Below, one piece after another: positions 9,772 to 19,825 of a stretch of DNA of 64,000 nt (position 1 is its first letter; every line of letters starts with the position of its first letter). The stretch lies in NCBI GenBank assembly GCA_016867815.1, contig VGIR01000005.1, positions 779 to 64,778 of the forward strand. The letters are read 5' to 3'. The DNA is from a candidate division WOR-3 bacterium. GTDB lineage: Bacteria; Hydrothermota; Tepidihabitantia; Tepidihabitantales; Tepidihabitantaceae. The translations under genes were made by a program, and so were the position numbers. Below the pieces are notes generated by a model. The model did no database searches. It was given only the letters and a program-made list of their open reading frames with translations, and was not told the DNA's origin.

Positions 9772-9850
9772 TCGAGTGTCCCAGTGATCCAGTGCGCGAC
9801 GCTGGACGCCGGTTCCTCCACTCGATCACTAGACCACTAGACCACTGGTC
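9768..9850. repeat. Inverted micro-repeat tracts between the convergent nadC and dprA
   Basis: gtgatcgagtgtcccagtgatccagtg ... cactcgatcactagaccactagaccactgg. Confidence 0.6.
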
Positions 9851-9859
9851 CTGTCCCGG

Positions 9860-10930
9860 TCAGATCTCCTTCACGAAGTACTTGCCCGGCAATTGCCGTA
9901 CCAGGCCCTTGATCTCGAGCTGCATTAATACGGAAAGCAGGCCTGCCATCGGTATCCCAAGCCCCTCACAGATCTCGTCCACGTGCGCCGGTTCAGCGGT
10001 CAGAAACTCCATCACCGGCTTCTCCTCAGCCGCGACCTCAACCTTCGACCGCTCCTCGGCTCGCTTCGCCACTCCCAGTTGGCGCAGGACATCGTCGACC
10101 GAGAGCATCGGCCTTGCCCCGTTCTTCAGCAGCCGATTGATACCGAGGCTCTGCTCTGACGTGATGTTGCCCGGCACCGCGAACACGGCCCTGCCCTGAT
10201 CGGCCGCCCAGGCCACGGTGTTCAGGACGCCTGACTTCTCCCCTGCCTCGACGGCCACGACTGCCTGAGACAGGCCGGATACGACCCGGTTACGCTTCGG
10301 GAAATTCATCGCCAGCGGCTCGACCCCGAGCGAGAACTCGGAGATGACCGCGCCCTGAGCGCTGACGGCGTCGTACAACTTCCGATTCTCCGGCGGGTAG
10401 TAGACGTCAATGCCGCAGCCGAGCACGGCCACTGTCCGGCCGCCGCCATCAAGCGCACCTTTGTGCGCGAACGTATCAACACCCCGCGCCAGCCCGCTCA
10501 CGACCGTGACGCCATGCTGGGCCAGTTCGCGTCCCAGCTTCTCCGCCACTTGCCGGCCGTAGTGCGACGGCACGCGCGTACCCACGACCGCGGCGGCGGT
10601 CGTATCCTGGGGCCGAATCTCGCCCCGCAAGAACAGCACCGGTGGCATATGCGCAAGCTGCTTCAGATTCTCCGGGTAGTCTTCATCGGTGTAGCCGATG
10701 GTCCGGATACCAAGCGCCTGCGCCGCCTTCAAACGGCGCTCGGTCTCGTCGCTCCGCCGGTACGAGCGGATGGCCGTGGCAAGCTCTTTGTCTATCCCTT
10801 TCACCTCGAGCAGGTCATCCTGGCCCGCCTTGAACACGGCTTCGGGAGTCCGGAACCGGGCCAGCAGATTCTTCAGCCGCGTCTCGTTCATCCGCGGCAC
10901 TGCATACAGGTCGACGAACCCCGCGTTCAT
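9860..10930 (-). CDS. dprA: DNA-processing protein DprA
   Basis: AVVGTR, VVSGLARGVDTFAH, AVLGCGID, FPKRNRVVSGLS, VEAGEKSG; C-terminal winged helix. Confidence 0.95.
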   Translation of the reverse strand: MNAGFVDLYAVPRMNETRLKNLLARFRTPEAVFKAGQDDLLEVKGIDKELATAIRSYRRSDETERRLKAAQALGIRTIGYTDEDYPENLKQLAHMPPVLFLRGEIRPQDTTAAAVVGTRVPSHYGRQVAEKLGRELAQHGVTVVSGLARGVDTFAHKGALDGGGRTVAVLGCGIDVYYPPENRKLYDAVSAQGAVISEFSLGVEPLAMNFPKRNRVVSGLSQAVVAVEAGEKSGVLNTVAWAADQGRAVFAVPGNITSEQSLGINRLLKNGARPMLSVDDVLRQLGVAKRAEERSKVEVAAEEKPVMEFLTAEPAHVDEICEGLGIPMAGLLSVLMQLEIKGLVRQLPGKYFVKEI

Positions 10931-10936
10931 GCCGGC

Positions 10937-11908
10937 CTAGGTTGTCCTTGGGAACAGCCGGTTGATCGACTCCCGCAGTTCCTCGATCCCCTGCCCGGTC
11001 AAACCCGACACCCAGACCCGCTCGGCGTCCCAGCGGGCGGTAGACTTGCGCCCGGCCAGAAGGTCCACCTTGTTGAGAGCAATGATCCGCGGCCGCTTCA
11101 GGATCTCCCCGTTGTAGTCGCCGATCTCGCCCACCAACTCGTCGTAGTCACGCTTGGGGTGCCCCGCCGACGCGTCAATGACGAACACGAGCATCCGCGT
11201 CCGTTCGATGTGCCGCAGGAACGCGAGGCCCAGTCCTTTGCCTTCGTGCGCACCCTTGATGATACCGGGCATGTCTGCGACCGTGAACCGCACGTCCTTG
11301 GTCTGCATCACGCCGAGGTTCGGAGTCAGCGTGGTGAACGGGTAGCTCGCGACCTTGGGATTGGCCCGCGTCAGCCGCGACAACAGCGTTGACTTGCCGG
11401 CATTGGGAAGCCCGACGATTCCGACATCGGCCACCAGTCTCAGGACCAGCCTGATCTTGCGCTCCTCGGCGGCTTCACCCGGATCGAAACGGCGGGGCGC
11501 CTGGTCGGTCGAGGATGCGAACCTGGCGTTACCCCGGCCACCTCTGCCACCGCGCGCCACGACCAGTTCCTGATTCGACCTCAGGATCTCCCCCAACTTC
11601 GCGCCGGTGCCGGCATCGAATACGTCGGTGCCCAGCGGCACGGGCACGCGCACACCTTCTCCATTCCGGCCGTGTCGGTTCGCGCCCCTGCCGTGGCCCC
11701 CCGCGCCTGCCTTGTAGAATCGGTGATACTCGAGGTCGGCCAGCGTCTGGAGATAGTGGTTACCCCAGAGCACGACCGAGCCACCGTCGCCGCCGTCGCC
11801 GCCATCCGGCCCGCCCTTGGGCACGAACTTCTCTCGTCGAAACGAGACGCAGCCGTCGCCGCCTGAACCGGCCCGCACCTGGATTGTTACTACGTCAATG
11901 AATCGCAT
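10937..11908 (-). CDS. obgE: GTPase Obg/CgtA
   Basis: Gly-rich Obg domain (FRREKFVPKGGPDGGDGG), G1 GLPNAGKST, YPFTTL, DMPG, NKVD. Confidence 0.96.
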   Translation of the reverse strand: MRFIDVVTIQVRAGSGGDGCVSFRREKFVPKGGPDGGDGGDGGSVVLWGNHYLQTLADLEYHRFYKAGAGGHGRGANRHGRNGEGVRVPVPLGTDVFDAGTGAKLGEILRSNQELVVARGGRGGRGNARFASSTDQAPRRFDPGEAAEERKIRLVLRLVADVGIVGLPNAGKSTLLSRLTRANPKVASYPFTTLTPNLGVMQTKDVRFTVADMPGIIKGAHEGKGLGLAFLRHIERTRMLVFVIDASAGHPKRDYDELVGEIGDYNGEILKRPRIIALNKVDLLAGRKSTARWDAERVWVSGLTGQGIEELRESINRLFPRTT

Positions 11909-11954
11909 GTCCGCAGAGGGATGAAGTGCGACGAGTAGCGGTCACTCTTTAGCC

Positions 11955-12512
11955 CTATCCGCTGCTCCGCGTCTCCCCGACCTTCCGTCGCAGCGCACTT
12001 ATCACCTGTTCAGGTACGAAACAGGCAAGTTCGCCGCCCTTGGCAGCGAGTTCGCGCACCAGCGACGAACTGAGGTAGAAGTATCGTTCCGACGGAACGA
12101 AGAAGATAGTCTCGACTGCCGGGGCGAGCTTGCGGTTGGTGAGCGCCATCTGGAACTCGTAGTCAAAGTCCATCACGGCCCGCATGCCGCGGATGATGGC
12201 TTGCGCGCGTTGCTGCTGCACGAAGTCCACGAGCAGGCAATCGAATCCCTGCACGACGACTCGATCCATACCCCTCGTGACGTCCTTTGCCAGCTGCATG
12301 CGCTCCTTCCAGGAGAACAGGGGATTCTTCTCCTGCCGGCTCGCAACACCGACGACCACCTTGTCGAATAGATGCGCTGCCCGTTTGACCACATCCAGGT
12401 GCCCGAGTGTGATCGGGTCAAAGCTGCCGGGATACACGGCAATCCTCTGCCCACCCGCAGCCTGTGTTTCCGTATTCGTCATTCGAGCTTCGGCCTTCGT
12501 CAGTCTCCTCAC
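11955..12512 (-). CDS. coaD: Phosphopantetheine adenylyltransferase
   Basis: YPGSFDPITLGHLD, IRGMRAVMDFDYE, LSSSLVRE. Start is GTG 12512 (overlapping the rsmD stop) or ATG 12482. Confidence 0.96.
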   Translation of the reverse strand: MRRLTKAEARMTNTETQAAGGQRIAVYPGSFDPITLGHLDVVKRAAHLFDKVVVGVASRQEKNPLFSWKERMQLAKDVTRGMDRVVVQGFDCLLVDFVQQQRAQAIIRGMRAVMDFDYEFQMALTNRKLAPAVETIFFVPSERYFYLSSSLVRELAAKGGELACFVPEQVISALRRKVGETRSSG

Positions 12513-13042
12513 GCCATCCTCCTCATCACACTCACCATGGTGTCGCCGTAGTCTCCCTGCTTCACCATCTCCCAGCCAGCCGGAGCCAGCGGCATCTCGC
12601 GCCGGTGGTGCTCCGCAACAAACCAGCCGTCCGGACCCAGAACGCCGAACTCGGCTGACCGGTCGATGGTCGCCTGCACCAGCTCGTGCAGGTAGGGAGG
12701 GTCGGCCAGAACCAGATCGAAGCCGGCGTCAGCCAGCTTCTTCAGGACCCGCAGCACGTCGCCTCGTATCACCGTCGCATCCGGCAGACCCCTCACGTTT
12801 GCGCGCAGGAACCGCAGCACCGTCGCCTGCTGCTCTATGAAGACCACCGATGCCGCGCCCCGCGACAGCGCCTCGATGCCAAGCGATCCGCCGCCGGCGT
12901 ACAGGTCACACGCCCTGGCCCCGCGCACCCGCGTCCCGATGATGTTGAACATTGCCTGTCGCGTTATCGCCTTGGTCGGCCGCAGGCCGGCGCGTGGATA
13001 CTCAAGCTCTCTACCCTTGTACCGGCCGCTACTAACACGCAT
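12509..13042 (-). CDS. rsmD: 16S rRNA m2G966 methyltransferase RsmD
   Basis: GRYKGREL..LRPT, DLYAGGGSLGIEALSRGA, DPPY; usual position next to coaD. Confidence 0.9.
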   Translation of the reverse strand: MRVSSGRYKGRELEYPRAGLRPTKAITRQAMFNIIGTRVRGARACDLYAGGGSLGIEALSRGAASVVFIEQQATVLRFLRANVRGLPDATVIRGDVLRVLKKLADAGFDLVLADPPYLHELVQATIDRSAEFGVLGPDGWFVAEHHRREMPLAPAGWEMVKQGDYGDTMVSVMRRMA

Positions 13043-13092
13043 TACAGGACTATACCGCCCGACCTCAGTCTGTCAAACTAGGACTGGGGTAA

Positions 13093-13140
13093 CCCTCCTC
13101 ACCCTGGCGCCGCTCGCCCTCTCCCCGCCAGGGAGAGGGT
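13093..13140. repeat. Palindromic element family A (CCCTCACCC..CCCTCTCCC..GGGAGAGGG), intergenic copy
   Basis: ccctcctcaccctggcgccgctcgccctctccccgccagggagaggg; related copies at 60008 and 62439. Confidence 0.7.
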
Positions 13141-13161
13141 CGGCGTGAAGAGCTGGAGTGC

Positions 13162-13202
13162 GGGACACGACCCAGTTCCGTTGGGCAGATGGAGTCGTGC
13201 CC
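13162..13202. repeat. Palindromic element family B (GGGACACGA..TCRTGYCCC), intergenic copy
   Basis: gggacacgacccagttccgttgggcagatggagtcgtgccc; related copies at 53869 and 59023. Confidence 0.55.
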
Positions 13203-13292
13203 AATCCCGACTTGGTCGCCTGATCGAGAGCTCCGGCTCAGGCTTGGCTGGAGTCTCTTCGAATCAGTCGAGGCAATAGAACGTGCAAAGAA

Positions 13293-13316
13293 CGGCGGGG
13301 AGTAACCTCCCCGCCG
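13293..13316 (-). terminator. Stem-loop downstream of secreted paralog 1
   Basis: Perfect 10-bp stem cggcggggag-taac-ctccccgccg, 20 bp past the stop; only a short T-run follows on the - strand. Confidence 0.6.
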
Positions 13317-13336
13317 CAGTGTGTAGGACCAGCTCC

Positions 13337-15160
13337 TCAGTGCGTCACGATGACCTTGGCGACAGGCGCCTCGGCCTCGGCGACGCGCGCGAAGTAGACT
13401 CCGTCTGCCAGCTGCCGGCCGTCGAGGATGGCCCGGTCGCGGCTGAGGACTAGCGTACGGACGACGCTACCGGTTGCGTCATAGAGCTCGATCGCTTTCT
13501 CCGCCCCGGTCGGGTTGAGCAGACGTAGCGTCGTCAGGCCCCGGAACGGACTCGGACTGACGTCGATGCGCGCCGGCGCCGGGGCCGGGGTCGGCTCTAC
13601 CGACTCGAAGATCCCGACCGGACCCGAGATCGTTGCGTTCGCCATGAAATCGCGCACCCCGGCGTCCCGGTCCAGGCTCCAGCCTCCGAAGTGCTCCCAT
13701 TTCTGGAACGACAGTGGCGGGACCGAATCCATGCCGAACGTCGGTTCGCTGTCCGCGACGGATATCGCGGCCACGAAGAAAGCGCCCTCACCGATGACCA
13801 CCGGGCTTGACGGAGTCACAGTAAACCAGCTATCGCCCGCCACGTTGACTGTCGCTTTGTACAGCGTGTCCCCGGGTGTGCCGGCCGGACCATTGTCATC
13901 GAAGATAGCGATGTAGGGACTCGAAGGTACCGACCGCATGCCCAGATAGACCCGTGCGCTCTGCACCGAGCAAGGATAGACCGGCGGTACGAAACGGTTG
14001 CCCCACCCTCCGCCGGCGGAGTAGAAGTACCACATGCTGCCCGGTGTGCCGCCGTCGTAGGAGAGCAACGCCGGCATCGTGACCACGCGGAGTTCAAGCT
14101 TCACCGTGTCGTTTGCGGCCAGCATGTCACCGGCTAACCTGGTGTAGATCTTGAGGATGTATGTGCCGTTGGTGACCGGGCGCCAGGTGCTGCCAAGTGC
14201 CAGTGATTCGGTTTCGCCCGGGGCCGACGCCATCGTCATCATCGAATCGGAGAAGACGACGGCATTGTTCTGCCGCGTGACCTTGAAATGGGTCTGGTAG
14301 GCAGCTTCGGATTGGTTGCCGTAGTTCTTGACAACTGCCCAGAACGAAAGCGGGCGGCCATTGACGGCGAACAGGCCACCGCTGCGGTCGTTCATCGCGT
14401 TGCGAATGCCCACGTCATGGATCTGCAGCGTACTGGAGTCGGGCGGGAAGAAGCGGACCGCCAGGTCGGGATGGAGCAGGTTGCCCGACGGAGTTGCGCC
14501 CGAAAGGTAGTTGAGACCGATGGCACCGGATATGTTCTCGATGCCGGTCTGGTTGTTGGTCGCACCCCAGCCTTGGTAGGGAGCGCCGCTCTGCTCCTTG
14601 TACTGGAACGTGATGGACGAGTCCGCCTTGGTCAGGATGACCTGAAAGGTGTTGTTGCCACCCGTGCTCCAGAACGCGATGCTGTCGTACTCGACGATGA
14701 AGCTGTCAGCGCCGTTGGACCAGTACCAGATGGAACCGTTGGGCGAAGCGCCCGTGGTGCAGTCAAGGTCACTGAGGAGCATGGCAAGCTGGTTATTCGG
14801 CTTCTGAGTACTCGGAACGGCCTTGAACGGCGAAGCGTTGGCGGTAGCATCGCCGAATGTGATGTAGCCGTTTGACCCGACGATGACCGAATTGACATTG
14901 TACCAGTAGTAGGGGAAGTTGAATCCGACGGAGAACGGCCCGGCGGTATTGTCATCCAGGAGTGTCGTTATCTCGGTACCAACTCCTTTGATGCTCACCC
15001 AGTTGTAGGTCGGAGCGCCCGAACCGGTGGTATCCGAGTCCAGGTACTTGTAGCCATAGGTATCCGGCCCGCCGCCACCGAGCACCGCGGGCGCACTCGA
15101 CGGAGCAATGCCGCCCGGGGTGAACGCTACCAACGCGATCGACAGAATCGCCACCAACAT
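13337..15160 (-). CDS. Secreted multidomain beta-rich protein (GPD-x-YGY/nidogen-like domain, CARDB-like Ig, variable domain, T9SS-CTD-like C-terminus), paralog 1
   Basis: Start moved to ATG 15160 (RBS AAAGGAGG); signal peptide MLVAILSIALVA; C-terminus DGVYFARV...KVIVTH. Confidence 0.85.
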   Translation of the reverse strand: MLVAILSIALVAFTPGGIAPSSAPAVLGGGGPDTYGYKYLDSDTTGSGAPTYNWVSIKGVGTEITTLLDDNTAGPFSVGFNFPYYWYNVNSVIVGSNGYITFGDATANASPFKAVPSTQKPNNQLAMLLSDLDCTTGASPNGSIWYWSNGADSFIVEYDSIAFWSTGGNNTFQVILTKADSSITFQYKEQSGAPYQGWGATNNQTGIENISGAIGLNYLSGATPSGNLLHPDLAVRFFPPDSSTLQIHDVGIRNAMNDRSGGLFAVNGRPLSFWAVVKNYGNQSEAAYQTHFKVTRQNNAVVFSDSMMTMASAPGETESLALGSTWRPVTNGTYILKIYTRLAGDMLAANDTVKLELRVVTMPALLSYDGGTPGSMWYFYSAGGGWGNRFVPPVYPCSVQSARVYLGMRSVPSSPYIAIFDDNGPAGTPGDTLYKATVNVAGDSWFTVTPSSPVVIGEGAFFVAAISVADSEPTFGMDSVPPLSFQKWEHFGGWSLDRDAGVRDFMANATISGPVGIFESVEPTPAPAPARIDVSPSPFRGLTTLRLLNPTGAEKAIELYDATGSVVRTLVLSRDRAILDGRQLADGVYFARVAEAEAPVAKVIVTH

Positions 15161-15342
15161 CAGACCTCCTTTGGACCCTGCTCTGGCAGGGCCCTGGTTC
15201 TCTTGGCTCCTAACGTTGCGCGGCATCCGACCCGGAACAACGACGGTGCCTGGTCGTGACCGCAGCTTTGGGATTCTACCCCGTCCGCGGCTCTGGTCAA
15301 GGAGGCGGGAAGGCGGGCGACAGACGTCGAGGCAACAAAGGA

Positions 15343-15368
15343 GCGGCGGGGATTCTCCTCCCCGCCGC
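15343..15368 (-). terminator. Stem-loop downstream of secreted paralog 2
   Basis: gcggcgggga-ttctcc-tccccgccgc, homologous to the hairpin at 13293. Confidence 0.55.
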
Positions 15369-15387
15369 AATCTGCAAAGCCGTCGGC

Positions 15388-17202
15388 CTAGTGCGTAACG
15401 ATGACCTTGGCCACGGGCGCATCGGTACCGGCGACCCGCGCGAAGTAGATCCCGTCAGCGAGCAGCCGACCATCAAGGACAACCTGGTCGCGGCTGAGGT
15501 CCAGCGTGCGCACGACGCTGCCGGTCGCGTCGTAGAGATCGATCGCCCTCTCCGCCCCGGTCGGGTTGAGTAGACGAAGAGTGGTGACGCTGCCGAACGG
15601 GTTGGGATTGACGTCAATCCGTACCGGCACGCGCGCCGGCGCCGGCTCCAGCCACTCCAGGATACCGACTGGCCCGGAAACCGTCGCATTAGCGCAGACA
15701 TCACGCACCACTGCGTCGCGGCTCGGTCCCCAGACGCCGGTGTTCTCCCAGCCCTGGTAGCAGAGCGGCGGCACTGAGTCCATACCGTACGACGGGTCGC
15801 TGGCCGTCTCAGAGGTCGAGCCGACGAAGAACGCGCCTTCCGTAACGACGACCGGCGTCGCCAGATTGACTGAGTACCAGTTGGCCGCGGAGACGGAAAC
15901 CGTGTCCGCGAACAGGATAGTCCCAGGGCCTTCGCCCGGACCGTCGTCGTCGTATATCGCCATCAGGACGTCGACCGTGCCGGCCGAGGTCATGTGCTGG
16001 CGGATGGCGCTGATCGAGCATGGATAGACCGGCGGCACGAAACGATTGCCGAACCCGCCCGGACCGTTCCAGGACATGGAGTTGCCAGGCGTACCGCTGT
16101 CAAAGGTAAGCATCCCCGGCAGGGTGACCACGCGGAGTTCGATCATCGCGGTGTCGTTCGCGGCCAGCATATCGCCGGTCATCTTGGTGATTATCTTGAT
16201 GATGTACGTGCCGTTGGTGACCGGACGCCAGGTGCTGCCGAGGGCGAGCGATTCGGTCTCGCCCGGGCCCGTTGCCATCGCTGTCATCGAGTCGGAGAAG
16301 ACAACCGCGTTGTTCTGCCTGGTTACCTTGAAGTACGTGGTGTAGGATGCTTCCGGCTGATTGCCGAAGTTCTTGACCACCGCCCAGAATGAAAGCGGCC
16401 GGTCGTTGATGGCGAACAGGCCGCCGCTACGGTCGTTCATCGCGTTGCGGACGCCCACGTCATGGATCTGCAGCGAGGTTGACTCGGGCGGGAAGAAACG
16501 AACCGCAAGATCGGGGTGGAGCACATTGCCCGACGGGGTCGTACCCGAAAGGTAGTTCAGACCTATCGCGCCCGATATGTTCTCGATGCCGGTCTGGTTG
16601 GCATCCGGCCCCCAGCCGTTGAACGGCGCGCCACTCTGTTCCTTGTACTGGAACGTGACCGAGGAGTCGGCCTTGGTCAGAATCATCTGGAATGTGTTGT
16701 TCCCGCCGGTACTCCAGAAAGTGATGCTGTCGTACTCCACGATGAAGCTGTCCGTCCCATTCGACCAGTACCAAACCGAACCGTTCGGGGAGCCGGTCGC
16801 GCTGCAGTCGAGGTCACTCAGCAGCGCCGCCAACTGGTTGTTCGGCTTGCCCGTGCCCGGGACCGGCTTGAACGGCGACGCGTTCGCCGACTTGTCACCG
16901 AACGCTATGTAGCCGTTGGACCCGACAATTACCGAGTTGACCTTATACCAGTAGTACGGGAAATCGAATCCGATCGGGAACGGCCCGGCATTGTTGTCAT
17001 CACCGAGGGTCGTTATCTCGGTACCGACACCCTTGATGCTCACCCAATTGTAGGTTGGAGCGCCCGAGCCGGTGGTGTCCGAGTCCAGATACTTGTAGCC
17101 ATATGTATCCGGGCCACCGCCACCAAGCACGGGAGCGCTGGACGGCAACATGCCCCCCGGGGTCAGCGCCACCAGCACGATTGACAGAATAGTTACGAAC
17201 AT
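15388..17202 (-). CDS. Secreted multidomain protein, paralog 2 (tandem duplicate of 13337..15160)
   Basis: RBS AAAAGGAGG; N-terminal ~360 aa nearly identical to paralog 1; same C-terminal KVIVTH. Confidence 0.88.
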   Translation of the reverse strand: MFVTILSIVLVALTPGGMLPSSAPVLGGGGPDTYGYKYLDSDTTGSGAPTYNWVSIKGVGTEITTLGDDNNAGPFPIGFDFPYYWYKVNSVIVGSNGYIAFGDKSANASPFKPVPGTGKPNNQLAALLSDLDCSATGSPNGSVWYWSNGTDSFIVEYDSITFWSTGGNNTFQMILTKADSSVTFQYKEQSGAPFNGWGPDANQTGIENISGAIGLNYLSGTTPSGNVLHPDLAVRFFPPESTSLQIHDVGVRNAMNDRSGGLFAINDRPLSFWAVVKNFGNQPEASYTTYFKVTRQNNAVVFSDSMTAMATGPGETESLALGSTWRPVTNGTYIIKIITKMTGDMLAANDTAMIELRVVTLPGMLTFDSGTPGNSMSWNGPGGFGNRFVPPVYPCSISAIRQHMTSAGTVDVLMAIYDDDGPGEGPGTILFADTVSVSAANWYSVNLATPVVVTEGAFFVGSTSETASDPSYGMDSVPPLCYQGWENTGVWGPSRDAVVRDVCANATVSGPVGILEWLEPAPARVPVRIDVNPNPFGSVTTLRLLNPTGAERAIDLYDATGSVVRTLDLSRDQVVLDGRLLADGIYFARVAGTDAPVAKVIVTH

Positions 17203-17457
17203 CAGTCCTCCTTTTCAGCCCCGCCTGGGCAGGGCTGTAGTTCGCTCTACTTGATGACTGCCCGGCCGCTAACCGGGCAGCACCGTATCATCTGCGGGCT
17301 CTTAGCAGAGTTGAATATAGGCCGTCCGTCCCGGAAGTCAAGGAGAAGTGGACACGGGTAACGACGTTGAGGACCATGCCACGGCACTGCCGCCGTCACT
17401 CACGCTCGCGAGGCTACTACTTGACTTTGCGCGATAAGGACCAAGAATATCACGCAA

Positions 17458-18717
17458 ATGGACAAGTTCATCGTCCGCGGCCCGACCAGGCTTGAAGGAA
17501 CGGTCTCGACCGCAGCCGCCAAGAACGCGGTACTGCCCATCCTCGCCGCCTGTCTGCTGACCGAGGAACCTTGCGTTATCCGGGACGTGCCCCTGCTCGA
17601 AGACGTTAAGACAATGGCCCGGCTCCTGCGGTCATTGGGCGTGCAGGTTGAGCAGCGGAAGCATACCATCAAGCTCGCGGCTGCTGGCAAGATAGAACGG
17701 ACCGCGACCTATGACATCGTGCGCAAGATGCGGGCCAGCTACTACGTGCTCGGACCCCTGCTCGGTCGATTCGGGGACGCGCGAGTCTCGCTGCCCGGCG
17801 GCTGCGCCATCGGCCCGCGGCCGGTTGACCTCCATCTCAAAGGCATCGCGGCGCTGGGTGCCGAAGTCGATCTTGAGCACGGCTATATCCATGCTACCGG
17901 CCGCCTGCGCGGCGGCACCATGCTGCTGGAAGGGACTTCTGGCCCGAGTGTCGGCGCCACTGCGAACACGATGATGGCCGCCGTGCTCGCCGAGGGCGAA
18001 ACCGTCATCCAGGGAGCGGCCTGCGAGCCCGAGGTTTCAGACCTCGCCGGCTTCCTCACTGTCATGGGCGCGAAGATCGAGGGCTGCGGCACGCCGGTCG
18101 TGAGAATCAGAGGCGTGAAGCGCCTGCACGGTGCCGACTACCGGCCGATCCCAGACCGGATTGAAGCCGGGACGCTCGCCGTTGCCGCCGCCATCACGCG
18201 CGGCCAACTGGAGATCACCGGCTGCGAACCCGCGCACCTCGTCGCGGCAATCGACTGCCTGCGCCAGGCCGGCGTGACCGTCGAGACGGGCAAACGTCGA
18301 ATGGTCGTCAGCGCCGAACGACGCCCCGAGGCAGTCACGGTCGCAACCGCGCCGTACCCGGGATTTCCTACCGATCTGCAGGCGCAGTTCACCGCGCTGC
18401 TGGCGACCGGCCATGGCACCAGCATCGTCACCGAGAACGTATTCGAATCGCGCTTCCTGCACGCGTTGGAACTGAACCGCATGGGTGCGAAGATCGACAT
18501 CAACGGGCGGATGGCGGTTATCCAGGGATCGGAGTACCTGTCCGGTGCTCAGGTGATGGCCTCGGACTTGCGGGCATCGGCCGCGCTGGTGCTGGCCGGG
18601 CTCGCCGCAAGGGGCGAGACCGAAGTCCAGCGCATCTACCACCTGGACCGGGGATATGAATCGATGGAGCTGAAGCTGGGCGGGGTCGGAGCGAAGATCG
18701 AGCGCGTCAGTTACTGA
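17458..18717 (+). CDS. murA: UDP-N-acetylglucosamine 1-carboxyvinyltransferase
   Basis: AKNAVLPILAA, MRAS, SLPGGCAIGPRPVDLH (catalytic Cys), PYPGFPTDLQAQ, DLRASAAL, HLDRGY. Confidence 0.97.
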   Translation: MDKFIVRGPTRLEGTVSTAAAKNAVLPILAACLLTEEPCVIRDVPLLEDVKTMARLLRSLGVQVEQRKHTIKLAAAGKIERTATYDIVRKMRASYYVLGPLLGRFGDARVSLPGGCAIGPRPVDLHLKGIAALGAEVDLEHGYIHATGRLRGGTMLLEGTSGPSVGATANTMMAAVLAEGETVIQGAACEPEVSDLAGFLTVMGAKIEGCGTPVVRIRGVKRLHGADYRPIPDRIEAGTLAVAAAITRGQLEITGCEPAHLVAAIDCLRQAGVTVETGKRRMVVSAERRPEAVTVATAPYPGFPTDLQAQFTALLATGHGTSIVTENVFESRFLHALELNRMGAKIDINGRMAVIQGSEYLSGAQVMASDLRASAALVLAGLAARGETEVQRIYHLDRGYESMELKLGGVGAKIERVSY

Positions 18718-18733
18718 AGAAGCTGAACGCTTC

Positions 18734-19825
18734 ATGCTTCACGCATCACGCAATGAACGGCCGGCGTCAAGCCTAGGACGCAGAGCTTCGTCCGTCCGTG
18801 TGGGCTCGCTCGTCATTGGCGGGGGCTCGCCGGTATCAGTTCAATCCATGACCAAGACCCGCACCGACGATGTCAGGGCAACCGTCCGCCAGATAAGACG
18901 ACTCGAACGAGCCGGCTGCGAAATGGTGCGCCTGGCAGTCCCGGACACCGCGGCTGCCGCGGCCCTGCCGGAGATCCGCAAGCGCATCGCCCTGCCGCTT
19001 GTTGCCGACGTCCACTTCGACTATCGCCTGGCGCTGAACGCGCTCAAGGCCGGTTTCGACAAAGTACGCATCAACCCCGGCAACATCGGCGCGGTCTGGA
19101 AGGTGCGCGAGATCATCAGCGCGGCTGAGAGCTCCGGTGCGGCGATACGGGTCGGAGTCAACGCCGGTTCCGTCGAGAAATCGATACTGCGCAGACACCG
19201 CCGCCCATCGGTCGCGGCCATGGTCGAAAGCATGGCCGTCTGCCTTGCGCCGTTCGAGAAGCTACGGTTCAAGAACATCGTGCTGTCGGCCAAGTCCACC
19301 GATGTGTCCGAGACTATTGCCGTGTATCGTGAGCTGTCACGGCACTGGTCGTACCCGCTTCACCTCGGGTTGACCGAGGCCGGACCGCCCTTCGAGGGCG
19401 CAATCCGTTCCGCCGCCGCGCTCGCGGTTCTGCTTCTGGAGGGCATCGGCGACACGATTCGCATCTCACTGACCGGAGACCCGGTGCAGGAGGTCACGGC
19501 CGCGTACGAACTGCTGGGGGCTCTGGGCCTGCGCCGCCGCGGCCCGCTGGTCTACTCCTGCCCCACCTGCGGCCGGACCGGTATCAACATTGTTAGACTA
19601 ACGCGGGACGTGAAGCAGGCGCTACGCGATCACCCCTCGCCGCTCAAGGTCGCGGTGATGGGCTGCGTGGTGAACGGGCCGGGCGAGGCGCGAGAGGCGG
19701 ACTTCGGGATTGCCGGCGGCAAGGGCCGCGGCATTGTCTTCGCTCATGGCCGTGTGGTCAAGACCTGCGCCGAAGACCAGCTGGTTCAGTCCCTGCTGCA
19801 CGAAGTCCGGAAGTCCCGTCCCTAG
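18734..19825 (+). CDS. ispG: 4-hydroxy-3-methylbut-2-en-1-yl diphosphate synthase
   Basis: VQSMT, LVADVHFDY, RINPGNIG, IRVGVNAGS, LHLGLTEAG, SCPTCGRT, AVMGCVVNGPGE. Confidence 0.96.
   Translation: MLHASRNERPASSLGRRASSVRVGSLVIGGGSPVSVQSMTKTRTDDVRATVRQIRRLERAGCEMVRLAVPDTAAAAALPEIRKRIALPLVADVHFDYRLALNALKAGFDKVRINPGNIGAVWKVREIISAAESSGAAIRVGVNAGSVEKSILRRHRRPSVAAMVESMAVCLAPFEKLRFKNIVLSAKSTDVSETIAVYRELSRHWSYPLHLGLTEAGPPFEGAIRSAAALAVLLLEGIGDTIRISLTGDPVQEVTAAYELLGALGLRRRGPLVYSCPTCGRTGINIVRLTRDVKQALRDHPSPLKVAVMGCVVNGPGEAREADFGIAGGKGRGIVFAHGRVVKTCAEDQLVQSLLHEVRKSRP

Noticed and set aside
13337-17202. Diversity-generating retroelement acting on the tandem paralogs
   Set aside because: No reverse transcriptase, and differences include indels and all base types rather than adenine-specific changes.
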